A stretch of DNA of 26,078 bases from a virus (lineage: Duplodnaviria > Caudoviricetes), in IMG/VR virus record IMGVR_UViG_3300044723_005008, positions 1 through 26,078 of that record; one strand, written 5' to 3'. Of this stretch, positions 7,968-16,872 are shown piece by piece. The notes under the pieces are model-generated. The model worked only from the letters and a program-made list of their open reading frames with translations, ran no database searches and was not told where the DNA came from. The first letter of the stretch is position 1, and each line of letters starts with the position of its first letter. The position numbers and the translations under genes are program-made.

Positions 7968-8807
7968 TTGTCAGCACCACTTCCTAGAAAAATAAGCGAT
8001 TTCAAAAGAACTCTTACGAATCTTGCACAGACATCTCACTATGAAGTTCGTTTTGGCGCAGCTCCTGGACCATTGGCAAGTTACTTGTCCTCAAGAGGTG
8101 TGGACCAGAGATTTATTGGTGGTGATCTAGGACTACTATGTTATAGTGCATCATTACCCTTTGCTTCAAATGCAACTGTTAATGTAACTGGTAATTTTTC
8201 AGGAGTAACTGAAAAGTTTGCTCATACAAGATTATATACTCCTATCAATTTAGAATTTTATGTCGATAAAGATTATAAGGTCATAAAGTTCTTAGAACAC
8301 TGGATGGAATTTATGAACAGTGGTTCATTTAATCCACAAAATGAAACATCAAACTCTGGTGGATTTTCGCAAGCAGATCCAAATTACTTTGCGAAGATGC
8401 AGTATCCAGACACTTATAAGATGGATCAAACTAAGATTACGAAGTTTGAAAGAGACTATCTTAATAGTATAGAATATACATTTTTTGGATTATTCCCAAG
8501 AGCAGTTTCTCCTGTCAGTGTTGGTTATGATCAATCCAGAAATTTGATAGCATCTGCTAGTTTCGAATATACTCGTTATGTTTCTGGAAGAATTAATAGT
8601 ATTGATCAGAAGAGAGGTACTGCAAATAATAAAGAACCTCAAGCTAAGGATTATGTTGGTGTTAAACCAGCAAATTTAACAGAAGCTACTGATGCTAGGA
8701 TAAAAACAGAACCCTGGGTTGGTAAAACTAGAGGTGAGTTTGGGTCTGTAACATTTGATGCCAAGACCGCTAGTAATTTCACTGCTGGCGAAAAGACCGA
8801 TAAATAA
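7968..8807 (+). CDS. Tail tube initiator gp54-like / gp19-fold protein
   Basis: Tube-fold pattern LLCYSASLP...EKFAHTRLY..I.LEFYVD...FLEHWM...Y.F.GLFP...ASFEY; TTG start. Confidence 0.75.
   Translation: MSAPLPRKISDFKRTLTNLAQTSHYEVRFGAAPGPLASYLSSRGVDQRFIGGDLGLLCYSASLPFASNATVNVTGNFSGVTEKFAHTRLYTPINLEFYVDKDYKVIKFLEHWMEFMNSGSFNPQNETSNSGGFSQADPNYFAKMQYPDTYKMDQTKITKFERDYLNSIEYTFFGLFPRAVSPVSVGYDQSRNLIASASFEYTRYVSGRINSIDQKRGTANNKEPQAKDYVGVKPANLTEATDARIKTEPWVGKTRGEFGSVTFDAKTASNFTAGEKTDK
8800..8806 (+). promoter_or_regulatory. Putative late promoter ATAAATA
   Basis: Overlaps the upstream stop, about 25 nt before the gp26 ATG. Confidence 0.6.
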
Positions 8808-8830
8808 TTTTACTGACATCATTCTAGGTT

Positions 8831-9547
8831 ATGCCATTACCTGTAATTTCTACACCAACATATGAGTTGGATTTGCCTGTCACTGGTAAAAAAATCAAAT
8901 ACAGACCTTTTCTTGTAAAGGAAGAGAAAATTCTCATCATTGCAATGGAGTCTGAGGATGAGAAGCAGATTGGTAGAGCAGTGAAGGACGTTCTTTCAAA
9001 CTGCATTCTTACAAGAGGTATTAAGGTCGATAAACTTCCTACTTTTGAGATCGAGTATCTATTCCTGCATGTTAGGGGTAAATCTGTCGGAGAATCTGTC
9101 GATCTCTTGATTACTTGCCCTGATGATGAACAAACTCAAGTTCCTATTGGAATTGATTTGGATGAGATCAAGATTGAAATTGATGAAGCACACAGTAGAG
9201 ATATTGTTCTTGATGATAACTACACAATGAGAATGAAGTATCCGTCATTGGATCAGTTCATCAAGTCAAACTTCAACCAAACTGACGTGTCGGTTGATGA
9301 AACCTTTGAATTGATTTCTGGATGTATCGAACAAGTTTTCAGTCAAGATGAAGCATGGAGTGCTTCTGATTGCACTAAAAAAGAATTGTTTGCTTTCTTA
9401 GAACAACTTAATTCAAAACAGTTCCAGGCAGTTGAAAAGTTTTTCGAAACCATGCCTAGACTTTCGCATTCAGTAAAAGTTAGGAATCCTAATACTGGTG
9501 TTGAGAGTGATGTTGTTCTAGAAGGACTTGCATCTTTTTTCGGGTAG
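8831..9547 (+). CDS. gp26: T4 gp26-family baseplate hub/assembly protein
   Basis: MPLP....PTYEL.LP.TGKKIKYRPFLVKEEKIL and EYLFL..RGKSVGE motifs; ends LEGLASFFG. Confidence 0.88.
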   Translation: MPLPVISTPTYELDLPVTGKKIKYRPFLVKEEKILIIAMESEDEKQIGRAVKDVLSNCILTRGIKVDKLPTFEIEYLFLHVRGKSVGESVDLLITCPDDEQTQVPIGIDLDEIKIEIDEAHSRDIVLDDNYTMRMKYPSLDQFIKSNFNQTDVSVDETFELISGCIEQVFSQDEAWSASDCTKKELFAFLEQLNSKQFQAVEKFFETMPRLSHSVKVRNPNTGVESDVVLEGLASFFG

Positions 9548-9574
9548 CGATGGCTCATGAAACTCTTGAGTCAT
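9522..9574 (+). promoter_or_regulatory. Candidate programmed -1 ribosomal frameshift signal (gp26 to gp51)
   Basis: SD-like AAGGA 9522-9526; slippery T TTT TTC 9535-9541 in the gp26 frame; 8-nt spacer; 8-bp hairpin ATGGCTCA (9550-9557) / TGAGTCAT (9567-9574). The -1 frame is open into the gp51 ORF. Confidence 0.65.
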
Positions 9575-9726
9575 ACTTTAAAACCAATTTCGCCCTCGTG
9601 CAACATCATAAATACTCACTAACAGAGCTGGAAAATATGATCCCCTGGGAGAGAGAAATTTATGTAACTCTCTTGACACAATACATTGAGGAAGAAAATC
9701 TTAAGAACGGACTAAGTAATGGCTGA
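9550..9726 (+). CDS. gp51: gp51-like baseplate hub assembly protein (58 aa)
   Basis: Manual translation gives MAHETLESYFKTNFALVQHHKYSLTELENMIPWEREIYVTLLTQYIEEENLKNGLSNG*, with the conserved QHHKYSLTE.ENM.PWER motif. Absent from the ORF track. Confidence 0.88.
   Translation: MAHETLESYFKTNFALVQHHKYSLTELENMIPWEREIYVTLLTQYIEEENLKNGLSNG
9608..9614 (+). promoter_or_regulatory. Putative late promoter ATAAATA within gp51
   Basis: About 105 nt upstream of ATG 9719; encoded within the HKY codons. Confidence 0.4.
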
Positions 9727-11146
9727 AGATCCTAGAGTCATCGCACAACGAGGAGTAAATCCACTAACAGGTTCTTACCTTTCTAAAAGGGAAAGAATTG
9801 CGATGTTTAGGAGTGTAAACGTATCTTCTTCCGCTTTTGGTGGTGGAGGCGGAGGAAGAGGTCTAGTTAGATCTAGTGCTGCTATTGTTCCTCAGACTAC
9901 TGCCATTGTAAGAAGAAACGAACAAGATATCGGAACTCTATCAGATAGTGTTAGAGTTATTGCAGCAAAGGTACAAGATCTTGGCGGAACTGTAAATACT
10001 GTTGCAAATTCTGTAACTAAGAATCAACTACTAGAAGCAGAGAAAGCAAGGCAAGAAAATAAGCAGGAAGAACAACTTGCTAATGAAGCATTAAGAACTG
10101 GTAGAGAGGATGAGTTAGAGAAAAAACTACAGTCATCTCTTCTAAAACCTGTACAGGCAATTATATCAAGAGCACAAGGAATATTTGAAAGGATAAAAAC
10201 TGCTTTAGGATTTCTTCTTGGTGGTTGGTTAACTAAAGCGGGTATTGCTTTATTTGACGCAAGAAGAAAGGGATTGACTAAGAGATTTGAAGAGTTAAAG
10301 AAAAATCTTAGAAACAGTCTCATACAAATTGGAGCAGTTTTATTAGCAGCAACTCTTGGATTTGGTATCCTTGGTAGAATTTTGAGTCGATTGGCATTTA
10401 AAATTGCTGGTCTATCTGCAAAGATTTTATTATTACCATTCAGAGCACTGAGTAGACTTGGATTAAATCTTCTAAGAAGGTTGCCAGGATTTTCTAGAGC
10501 AACAGTAACTGGTACTCAAGGAGCAAGATTGACAAATACTGCCAGAAATGTAGTAGGAGGTGGTGCTAGAGTAACTACTAGCGGAGGTAGAGTTGTTCAG
10601 GGAGGAGCAAGAGTAACTGGAGCAGTTGCTCAAACAGGTGCAAAGGTTGGTATGGGAAGATTAGCAGCAGGATCTTTACCCATTCTTGGTGCCCTTGTTG
10701 ATGGATTTGCTGCTATCCAAGAAGCTGGAAGAGGTAACTGGCAGGGTGCAGGTTTATTCTTAGCAAGTGCTGGAGCAAGTTTCTTACCAGGAAAGGGTAC
10801 ACTTGCTTCCATTCCTCTAACTGCTGCAGCAATCGCACAGTCTGCAACATGGAAAGGTGATGCAATAGAAGATCCTAAAATTGAACCTCTAGCGGAAGCT
10901 GCTGCAGAAGGAAAGACTACTCTTTCTCCAGAGAGTATTCAACCTACAGCAAAATCCTCAATGGCAGATTTAGGACCTTTGCAAGAGATGGCACCAGAAG
11001 CAGTATTAATTCCACAACAATCTCAAATACGAGATTCTTCGAGACCAGACTCTTCAATTGGATTTGATACACCCCAAATACCTTCATCCAATACTGATAA
11101 TTTCTATACCATGTACTCTAAACTGGTATACAACGTAGTAGACTGA
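9719..11146 (+). CDS. Tape-measure-like tail protein
   Basis: 475 aa with an N-terminal coiled-coil, Gly/Ala-rich hydrophobic helices and a basic middle region. It lies after gp26/gp51 and before the hub genes. Confidence 0.55.
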   Translation: MAEDPRVIAQRGVNPLTGSYLSKRERIAMFRSVNVSSSAFGGGGGGRGLVRSSAAIVPQTTAIVRRNEQDIGTLSDSVRVIAAKVQDLGGTVNTVANSVTKNQLLEAEKARQENKQEEQLANEALRTGREDELEKKLQSSLLKPVQAIISRAQGIFERIKTALGFLLGGWLTKAGIALFDARRKGLTKRFEELKKNLRNSLIQIGAVLLAATLGFGILGRILSRLAFKIAGLSAKILLLPFRALSRLGLNLLRRLPGFSRATVTGTQGARLTNTARNVVGGGARVTTSGGRVVQGGARVTGAVAQTGAKVGMGRLAAGSLPILGALVDGFAAIQEAGRGNWQGAGLFLASAGASFLPGKGTLASIPLTAAAIAQSATWKGDAIEDPKIEPLAEAAAEGKTTLSPESIQPTAKSSMADLGPLQEMAPEAVLIPQQSQIRDSSRPDSSIGFDTPQIPSSNTDNFYTMYSKLVYNVVD

Positions 11147-11147
11147 T

Positions 11148-12986
11148 ATGGCAATCGCATTACTACCACCTAGCAGAACAACATCTACGTCAAGAATGAA
11201 GTCCGTTCTTAGCGGGATGAAGACTAGTTTGCAAAAAACTACAACAACTGCTACGAATGTAAGAAGAACCCTTGCTAAAACAACAAGAATAAAGGCAAAT
11301 GCTATATTCAGAAGTAAACAACTCTTCAATAGAAGAAGAGCAAATAAGAGAAGGAGAGATGCTGAGTCTCAAGTTGAAGCGGCACAGATAAACAACATAA
11401 CACCAAGTTCTGCCGTAACTTCAGGAATCGCAGCAGGAGGCGGCGGATTTTTTGGTAGATTGATGAAAGCAGTGGGAATTCTCGCTGTTGGTTGGTTGAT
11501 AAAAGCAGGTCCTATGTTGTATAGGATGGGACTGGAATTTATTCGTAGAGTAAGAAGACTTGGCAGTCTAGCAAAAAGTTGGTTTGATGGATTTATAAAA
11601 CTTCCTGGGGATCTATTAGGAATAGCAGGAGCATTTGTCACAAATCTTGCTACTTTCGATTTTACCGATTCCAAAGGAAGAATGGAAAAAGCATTTGGAG
11701 AAATGCAAAGTAGTCTTGATCAAATGGGTGCTGCCATTGATGAGACAGGGAAACTTTTTTCTACTCCATTGACTGAGGTAGTTCCTGAAGGTGGTTCTTC
11801 TGAGCAGCAGGGAAGTCAATCTGAAACTGGAGTAACACCATCTGCAGCATCAACGGGACAAGTATCCGAACAGCAAGTATATGCCTATCTAATATCTAAG
11901 GGATTGACTAAGAATCAAGCACTTGGTATTATGGCAAATATTCATGCAGAAAGTGGATTTAGACCAGCTGCTGATGAAGCGGGAGATGGATCTCAAGGTG
12001 TTGGACTATTTCAATATACTTTCCCATCAAGAAAAGAAGCATTCTTAAAATCAGTACCAGACTATAAAACAAACTGGAAAGGTCAGCTTGATTACGCAAT
12101 CGATCAGGATCCTAATACTAAACCATATCTTAATAGGAAATGGAATGATCCAAAAGAAGCAGCATCATGGTGGATGAGGCAGTGGGAAAGACCAGATAAG
12201 TCTTTGTATCAATCTAGAGATAAAAAACATAATAATTGGATTGAGTCTTTCAAGGCAACACCTCCTGCTCCTAGAGTTACTAGTTCTAGTATGAGTCTTA
12301 TTCCTCAGGGGATGAATGAAAGAGGAGGACTTATTCAGGGAGGATCTGGTACTACGGAAATGCAATATGCTACACATTTCCATATTGATTCGAAGGATGG
12401 TAAAAGAACTCCAGAAAACTTAGCAGGCATTAGAGAAGTCTCATTTCAAGCAGCAAAAGCAATGTTTGCTAGAGGATCTTCTGTACACTTTGGAAGTATC
12501 AATCAAACTCTGCATAAAAATCCTGGCGATGCAAAATTAAAACAGATCATTCAGGCAGAACAAGATGCTCATGCAAAGAGAAGTAGTGCTGCTGTTGATA
12601 TACAGGAGTTAAATTCTAAAGTCAAGAGAACATTCCCAGGACAACCAGGATCTGCAACTAAGTTCCCCTTCAAAGTTGGTGAAGTTTACATGAGAGGTGG
12701 TTATGGTAGAGAAGCAGAAATTTTAGGAACAAATGGGATTACAGTTTCTCATGGCGCTGAAGGTTCTATTGCAAGTCCTGTTTCTGGAACCGATTTGCAG
12801 GCATCATTAACACCAACACAAACTAGACAAGTGATTCCTGTAGTTGATACTAGACCTACAGAAAGTCAAAGAATGGAATCAAGTTCAAAAGGATCTTCAA
12901 TGATTGCCTCAGTTCCTTTACCTGAAGGTGATGTGTTAAATAGACTTATGAAGCAAAAATTTATAACTGATCTCGCTTACCTATAA
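11148..12986 (+). CDS. Tape-measure-like tail protein with phage tail lysozyme and M23-like peptidase domains
   Basis: Basic/helical N-terminus; lysozyme motif GLTKNQALGIMANIHAESG...GVGLFQYT..SR...QLDY...WERP; then HFH, H..D, GGYG and SH motifs. Confidence 0.75.
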   Translation: MAIALLPPSRTTSTSRMKSVLSGMKTSLQKTTTTATNVRRTLAKTTRIKANAIFRSKQLFNRRRANKRRRDAESQVEAAQINNITPSSAVTSGIAAGGGGFFGRLMKAVGILAVGWLIKAGPMLYRMGLEFIRRVRRLGSLAKSWFDGFIKLPGDLLGIAGAFVTNLATFDFTDSKGRMEKAFGEMQSSLDQMGAAIDETGKLFSTPLTEVVPEGGSSEQQGSQSETGVTPSAASTGQVSEQQVYAYLISKGLTKNQALGIMANIHAESGFRPAADEAGDGSQGVGLFQYTFPSRKEAFLKSVPDYKTNWKGQLDYAIDQDPNTKPYLNRKWNDPKEAASWWMRQWERPDKSLYQSRDKKHNNWIESFKATPPAPRVTSSSMSLIPQGMNERGGLIQGGSGTTEMQYATHFHIDSKDGKRTPENLAGIREVSFQAAKAMFARGSSVHFGSINQTLHKNPGDAKLKQIIQAEQDAHAKRSSAAVDIQELNSKVKRTFPGQPGSATKFPFKVGEVYMRGGYGREAEILGTNGITVSHGAEGSIASPVSGTDLQASLTPTQTRQVIPVVDTRPTESQRMESSSKGSSMIASVPLPEGDVLNRLMKQKFITDLAYL

Positions 12987-14350
12987 TGTCAACTCAAGAG
13001 TCTAGAATAAAAGAAGTAATTATAGAGTCTAATGACAAGAAGAGAACTGTAGATTTAACTGCTTCTCTTGTCGAGTTTCAGTACTTTGAAGACGTTTTTT
13101 CTCCAACAATAACAGCAAAAATGGTCTTGGTTAATGCTAACCAAACTATTGCTCCAGCAAATGATGATGGAGAAGCAAAGGGTGAATTGATGAGTGTTTA
13201 TAATGGTCTACCTCTTAGAGGAGGAGAAAGAGTCAAGATAACAATTGAAGCAAACTCTCAAACAAATAAAGATCTTGAGTTCAATGATGAAGACACTTTC
13301 TTATATGTGTCTAGTATCAGTAATGTTATATCAAATTCCCAAAGGGAAATATTTACCCTACACTTGACATCTAGAGCAGCAATCACTAATGAGACATCTA
13401 GAGTTGGTGGAAGATATGATCCTGGAAACCCTATTTCTTCATCAGTAGAGACTATATTGAAAGAAAAACTAAAACTTTCTCCTCAGCAGATTGATGTTGA
13501 AAAGACTAGTAATAAGTATGGGTTTATTGGCAACATGCGTAAACCATTTACTGTTTTGACATGGTTGGCATCTAAGTCAGTGCCCAATATTTCTGGAGAT
13601 GCTACTGCTGGATTTTTATTCTACCAAACTCAAAATGGATACAAATTTAAATCCATTGATAAGTTAATTATGCAAAATCCAGTTGCCGCTTATCTTTATT
13701 CAGAAACGGTAGAAGGATTTGATGAGTCTGGAAAAAAGATATCTAATGATTTTAAGATTTTGAAGTATAATACTGAGAAGAATCAGAATCTTATAGAGAA
13801 ACTAAAGTTAGGTGCATATTCAAGTTATAGAACTTTTTTCAATCCTTATACTGGCACATTTACCGATCCCCAGAAAGGAGTTTTTAAATTTACCGATTAC
13901 AAAGACAAAGTAAATAATTTAGGAGAAGATTTTAAATTACCAAAATTATCGGACGATCTAGAGGGAAAAGATCTTGGAGAAGTTCCTACTAGAATCTTTA
14001 CTTCAGTTCTTGATGTTGGAACTTTTCATAAGACCCCAAAGGACGCTGATGCTAGAAAAGTTAACGCGGATCAAGAAAAATATCAGTCTCAATCAGTAAT
14101 GAGATATAATACTCTCTTTACTCAAATCCTGAACATGACCGTTCCTTTGAACAGTAATTTAGTTGCAGGAGACGTAATCAAGTGTTCTTTTCCCAAAGTA
14201 TCTGAGAAGGATAAGTCTCAAATTGACGATGAACAAAGTGGACTATATATGATTAAGGAACTATGTCATTATTACACTACTGAACATTCGTATACGTCTA
14301 TGAAGTTAGTAAGAGATACTTTTGGCAGCAATCTAGAAGCTAGAGAGTAA
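12986..14350 (+). CDS. Baseplate hub protein (gp27-like)
   Basis: YFEDVFSPTITA, LPLRGGE, F.FYQT.NGYKFKSID and C-terminal SGLYMIKELCH...LVRDTFG motifs; immediately upstream of gp5. Confidence 0.7.
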   Translation: MSTQESRIKEVIIESNDKKRTVDLTASLVEFQYFEDVFSPTITAKMVLVNANQTIAPANDDGEAKGELMSVYNGLPLRGGERVKITIEANSQTNKDLEFNDEDTFLYVSSISNVISNSQREIFTLHLTSRAAITNETSRVGGRYDPGNPISSSVETILKEKLKLSPQQIDVEKTSNKYGFIGNMRKPFTVLTWLASKSVPNISGDATAGFLFYQTQNGYKFKSIDKLIMQNPVAAYLYSETVEGFDESGKKISNDFKILKYNTEKNQNLIEKLKLGAYSSYRTFFNPYTGTFTDPQKGVFKFTDYKDKVNNLGEDFKLPKLSDDLEGKDLGEVPTRIFTSVLDVGTFHKTPKDADARKVNADQEKYQSQSVMRYNTLFTQILNMTVPLNSNLVAGDVIKCSFPKVSEKDKSQIDDEQSGLYMIKELCHYYTTEHSYTSMKLVRDTFGSNLEARE

Positions 14351-16287
14351 TGATAGACGAATCACTATTACAAAGTAATTTTTTAGGTAGAGATGGATTC
14401 CGCTGGTGGGTCGGTCAACTTCCTCCTGCGCCATTTCATAATCAGGGCGCACAAGGTTGGGGAAATAGGTATCGTGTTCGTATTATGGGATATCATCCAT
14501 TCTACGAATCTGAACTTGCCAATGATGAACTTCCTTGGGCGAACGTTCTCCTACCTACAACTGCTGGTAGTGGAAAGCAAAACAATGCTGCCAGTGTAGC
14601 ATTATCTCCTGGGGATGTAGTATTTGGATTTTTCCTAGATGGTGACAATGCTCAAGTTCCTGTTATAAGTGGAACTTTTGGCAATACTAGTGTTGCTTCT
14701 ATTGCTGGTGAATATAAAGGACCATTTGTTCCTTTTACTGGTTATACTGGAGATGTCCCAAAACCAAACTCATCACCTGGCAGTGGAACTCTAGCTGCTG
14801 CAGAAAATAATGAGACAGGAAGCGCGGCATCACAAGAATCTCCATCTGCTCGCTCTGAGTCAAATGCTAAAAAGACAAATGGGGTTGCAGCAGCTGCTGG
14901 TATTGGGGACGAGTTAGTTCCAGCGAATGCGTGTAATGATACTGCTATTGATAATATTACAAAAACAATCAATAACTTCATCAAAAAAATTGAGAACTTA
15001 CAAAATGATGTAGCAAGAGCAAGAAGAGAAGTTAGAAGAGTTGCTAAGAATATATTAAAGGATGCAAACAAGATCGTTGGAAAAATGGTCCAATGGTTAT
15101 CTGATAAACTTATTGGTCTCGTTAAAGAGGGATTGAAGTTTTTATATCGATCAGTATTTGCAAAGATTCTTGCTGTTAGTGGAAACCCAGTTGCAGCACA
15201 CCTTGGTGGTGTAGCAGCACAGACAGCAATGGTTGTACCAACTAATCTACTAGAAAAAGCATTATCATGCTTAGTTGGTAATGTAACAAATATATTGTAT
15301 GGAACCATTGAGAACATGCTATATTCTGTTGTAGACAACATTACCAATTTTGTAAGTTGTGTTGCAGATCAGTTTGTTGGATCGATTCTCAATAAGATTA
15401 TCAATCAAGTTGCGAGTTTCTTGGATGGTCCTTTAGCAGCAATCTCAAAAATATTGTCTGCTGGATTTAATGTTGCCAACTTACTTAGAAGTACTATTGG
15501 AGCTATTGCTGGTATTGCAGCATTATTTGGTTGTAATCAAAATAAAGATAAGTGTAAGGGAGTAAAAACTACGATTACTCTAGGAAAGAATCCTGCAGTA
15601 GACTTAAAGAATGAACTTGGCAATATTCTTGCTGCAGGAAATGAGTTAGCAGCATCATTGACAGATTTCCCAGATTTCAGTAACTTTAGTAATCCTCTCT
15701 CTGCTTGTTATGGAGGTTATCCAACAGACTGTAATAAACCTTTAATTACTATTTTTGGTGGCAATGGTTCTGGTGGTGCTGCAGAAGCAATCATGGGAAC
15801 TATTGTTAGATCAGCAACTGACGCAACTGCTAGTGTTATTGGAGTTAAGATAACAAATCCTGGTCAGGGATATGAGTTCCCACCATTTATACACATTGCA
15901 GATAATTGCAATAAGGGATATGGTGCTGTTGCTAGATCAATCATTAATGATCAAGGTCAAATTACATCGATTTACATAGTTTCTGATGGAGAGGGTTATC
16001 CTCCAGGAGAAGAAGAAGATGTCGCTGTAGTCGATACTGTTGTAGACTTCCCTGGTATTGGATACAACGATGATGATATTGCTATCGATGACAACGGAAC
16101 AGAGTATGCGATCAAGACTGATAAAGGATCCATCGTCTCTCTAAAACCGATAAATATCAATATAATAAAAGATCTACCATCAATTAGAATAATAAGTGAT
16201 ACTGGATCTGGGGCAAGAGTTCGACCAGTATTAGATACTCCAGAAGTTACTGGTGATGTTCAACAAGTTATCGATTGTATTAGCTAA
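14350..16287 (+). CDS. gp5: Baseplate hub/central spike protein gp5 (OB-fold N-terminus, no visible lysozyme)
   Basis: GFRWWVGQ...RYRVRIMGYH...LPWA.V..PTT...GDVVFGFFLDGDNAQVPVI gp5 OB-fold signature. Confidence 0.85.
   Translation: MIDESLLQSNFLGRDGFRWWVGQLPPAPFHNQGAQGWGNRYRVRIMGYHPFYESELANDELPWANVLLPTTAGSGKQNNAASVALSPGDVVFGFFLDGDNAQVPVISGTFGNTSVASIAGEYKGPFVPFTGYTGDVPKPNSSPGSGTLAAAENNETGSAASQESPSARSESNAKKTNGVAAAAGIGDELVPANACNDTAIDNITKTINNFIKKIENLQNDVARARREVRRVAKNILKDANKIVGKMVQWLSDKLIGLVKEGLKFLYRSVFAKILAVSGNPVAAHLGGVAAQTAMVVPTNLLEKALSCLVGNVTNILYGTIENMLYSVVDNITNFVSCVADQFVGSILNKIINQVASFLDGPLAAISKILSAGFNVANLLRSTIGAIAGIAALFGCNQNKDKCKGVKTTITLGKNPAVDLKNELGNILAAGNELAASLTDFPDFSNFSNPLSACYGGYPTDCNKPLITIFGGNGSGGAAEAIMGTIVRSATDATASVIGVKITNPGQGYEFPPFIHIADNCNKGYGAVARSIINDQGQITSIYIVSDGEGYPPGEEEDVAVVDTVVDFPGIGYNDDDIAIDDNGTEYAIKTDKGSIVSLKPININIIKDLPSIRIISDTGSGARVRPVLDTPEVTGDVQQVIDCIS
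16150..16156 (+). promoter_or_regulatory. Putative late promoter ATAAATA
   Basis: Inside the gp5 3' end, about 130 nt upstream of the next ATG. Confidence 0.35.
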
Positions 16288-16859
16288 TGACAAAACCAGC
16301 AGATAAATGTAATCATGCAGCAAGGAAGTATATTTCCTTAGGTCCTCATTTTAGAATAGATGCAGATAATCCTCAATTTGGGGAGAGAGGTAAACTTTCA
16401 TATCTTCTCTATTCCTACACTGATGATGAGGATAAACATGCAGAATTTTTATCTGCTGATGGAACTTGGTCAGTTTTCAATGATAGATCGATTGAAATTG
16501 TTGGCGGTGCTAAGAATGAAGCAGAGAAAGGTCAAGATGTAACTATTGTTGCTAAGACTGGAGAACTTGTAATTCAGGCAGATGGTAATGGTGCTGTAAG
16601 AATCAAAGGTCCTAATATTGTCATTGAAGCGACAGAAGATCTTGATCTAAAGGCAGGTAGAAATATAACTTTCACCTCTGATGACAAAGTTGTTGTGACT
16701 TCTAATCAGATGGATATAGCAGCAACTTCTGGTAATGTTGCTAAAGGTTTTGCAATCGATCTAGTAAGTCAAGCATTTTCTGGTAGTTTTGTCGGTGCTG
16801 ATGTTCTACTTAAACTGATCGGTGGAGCATCGCCAATCAAACTCCCATTCTTAGGATAA
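16287..16859 (+). CDS. Putative beta-helical spike protein (gp5 C-terminal-like)
   Basis: Short beta-strand repeats of about 8 residues (DVTIVAKT GELVIQAD GNGAVRIK GPNIVIEA TEDLDLKA GRNITFTS); TAATG-coupled to gp5. Confidence 0.6.
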   Translation: MTKPADKCNHAARKYISLGPHFRIDADNPQFGERGKLSYLLYSYTDDEDKHAEFLSADGTWSVFNDRSIEIVGGAKNEAEKGQDVTIVAKTGELVIQADGNGAVRIKGPNIVIEATEDLDLKAGRNITFTSDDKVVVTSNQMDIAATSGNVAKGFAIDLVSQAFSGSFVGADVLLKLIGGASPIKLPFLG

Positions 16860-16872
16860 GAGGAGGTTAGAT

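Noticed and set aside
10500-10650. Short GARVT-type repeats in the 475-aa protein
   Set aside because: Three to four degenerate copies in a Gly/Ala/Arg-rich region; low complexity is enough to explain them.
14742-15347. 201-aa antisense ORF in gp5 and other short antisense ORFs throughout the window
   Set aside because: They are fully nested opposite well-supported genes and show no protein-like motifs.
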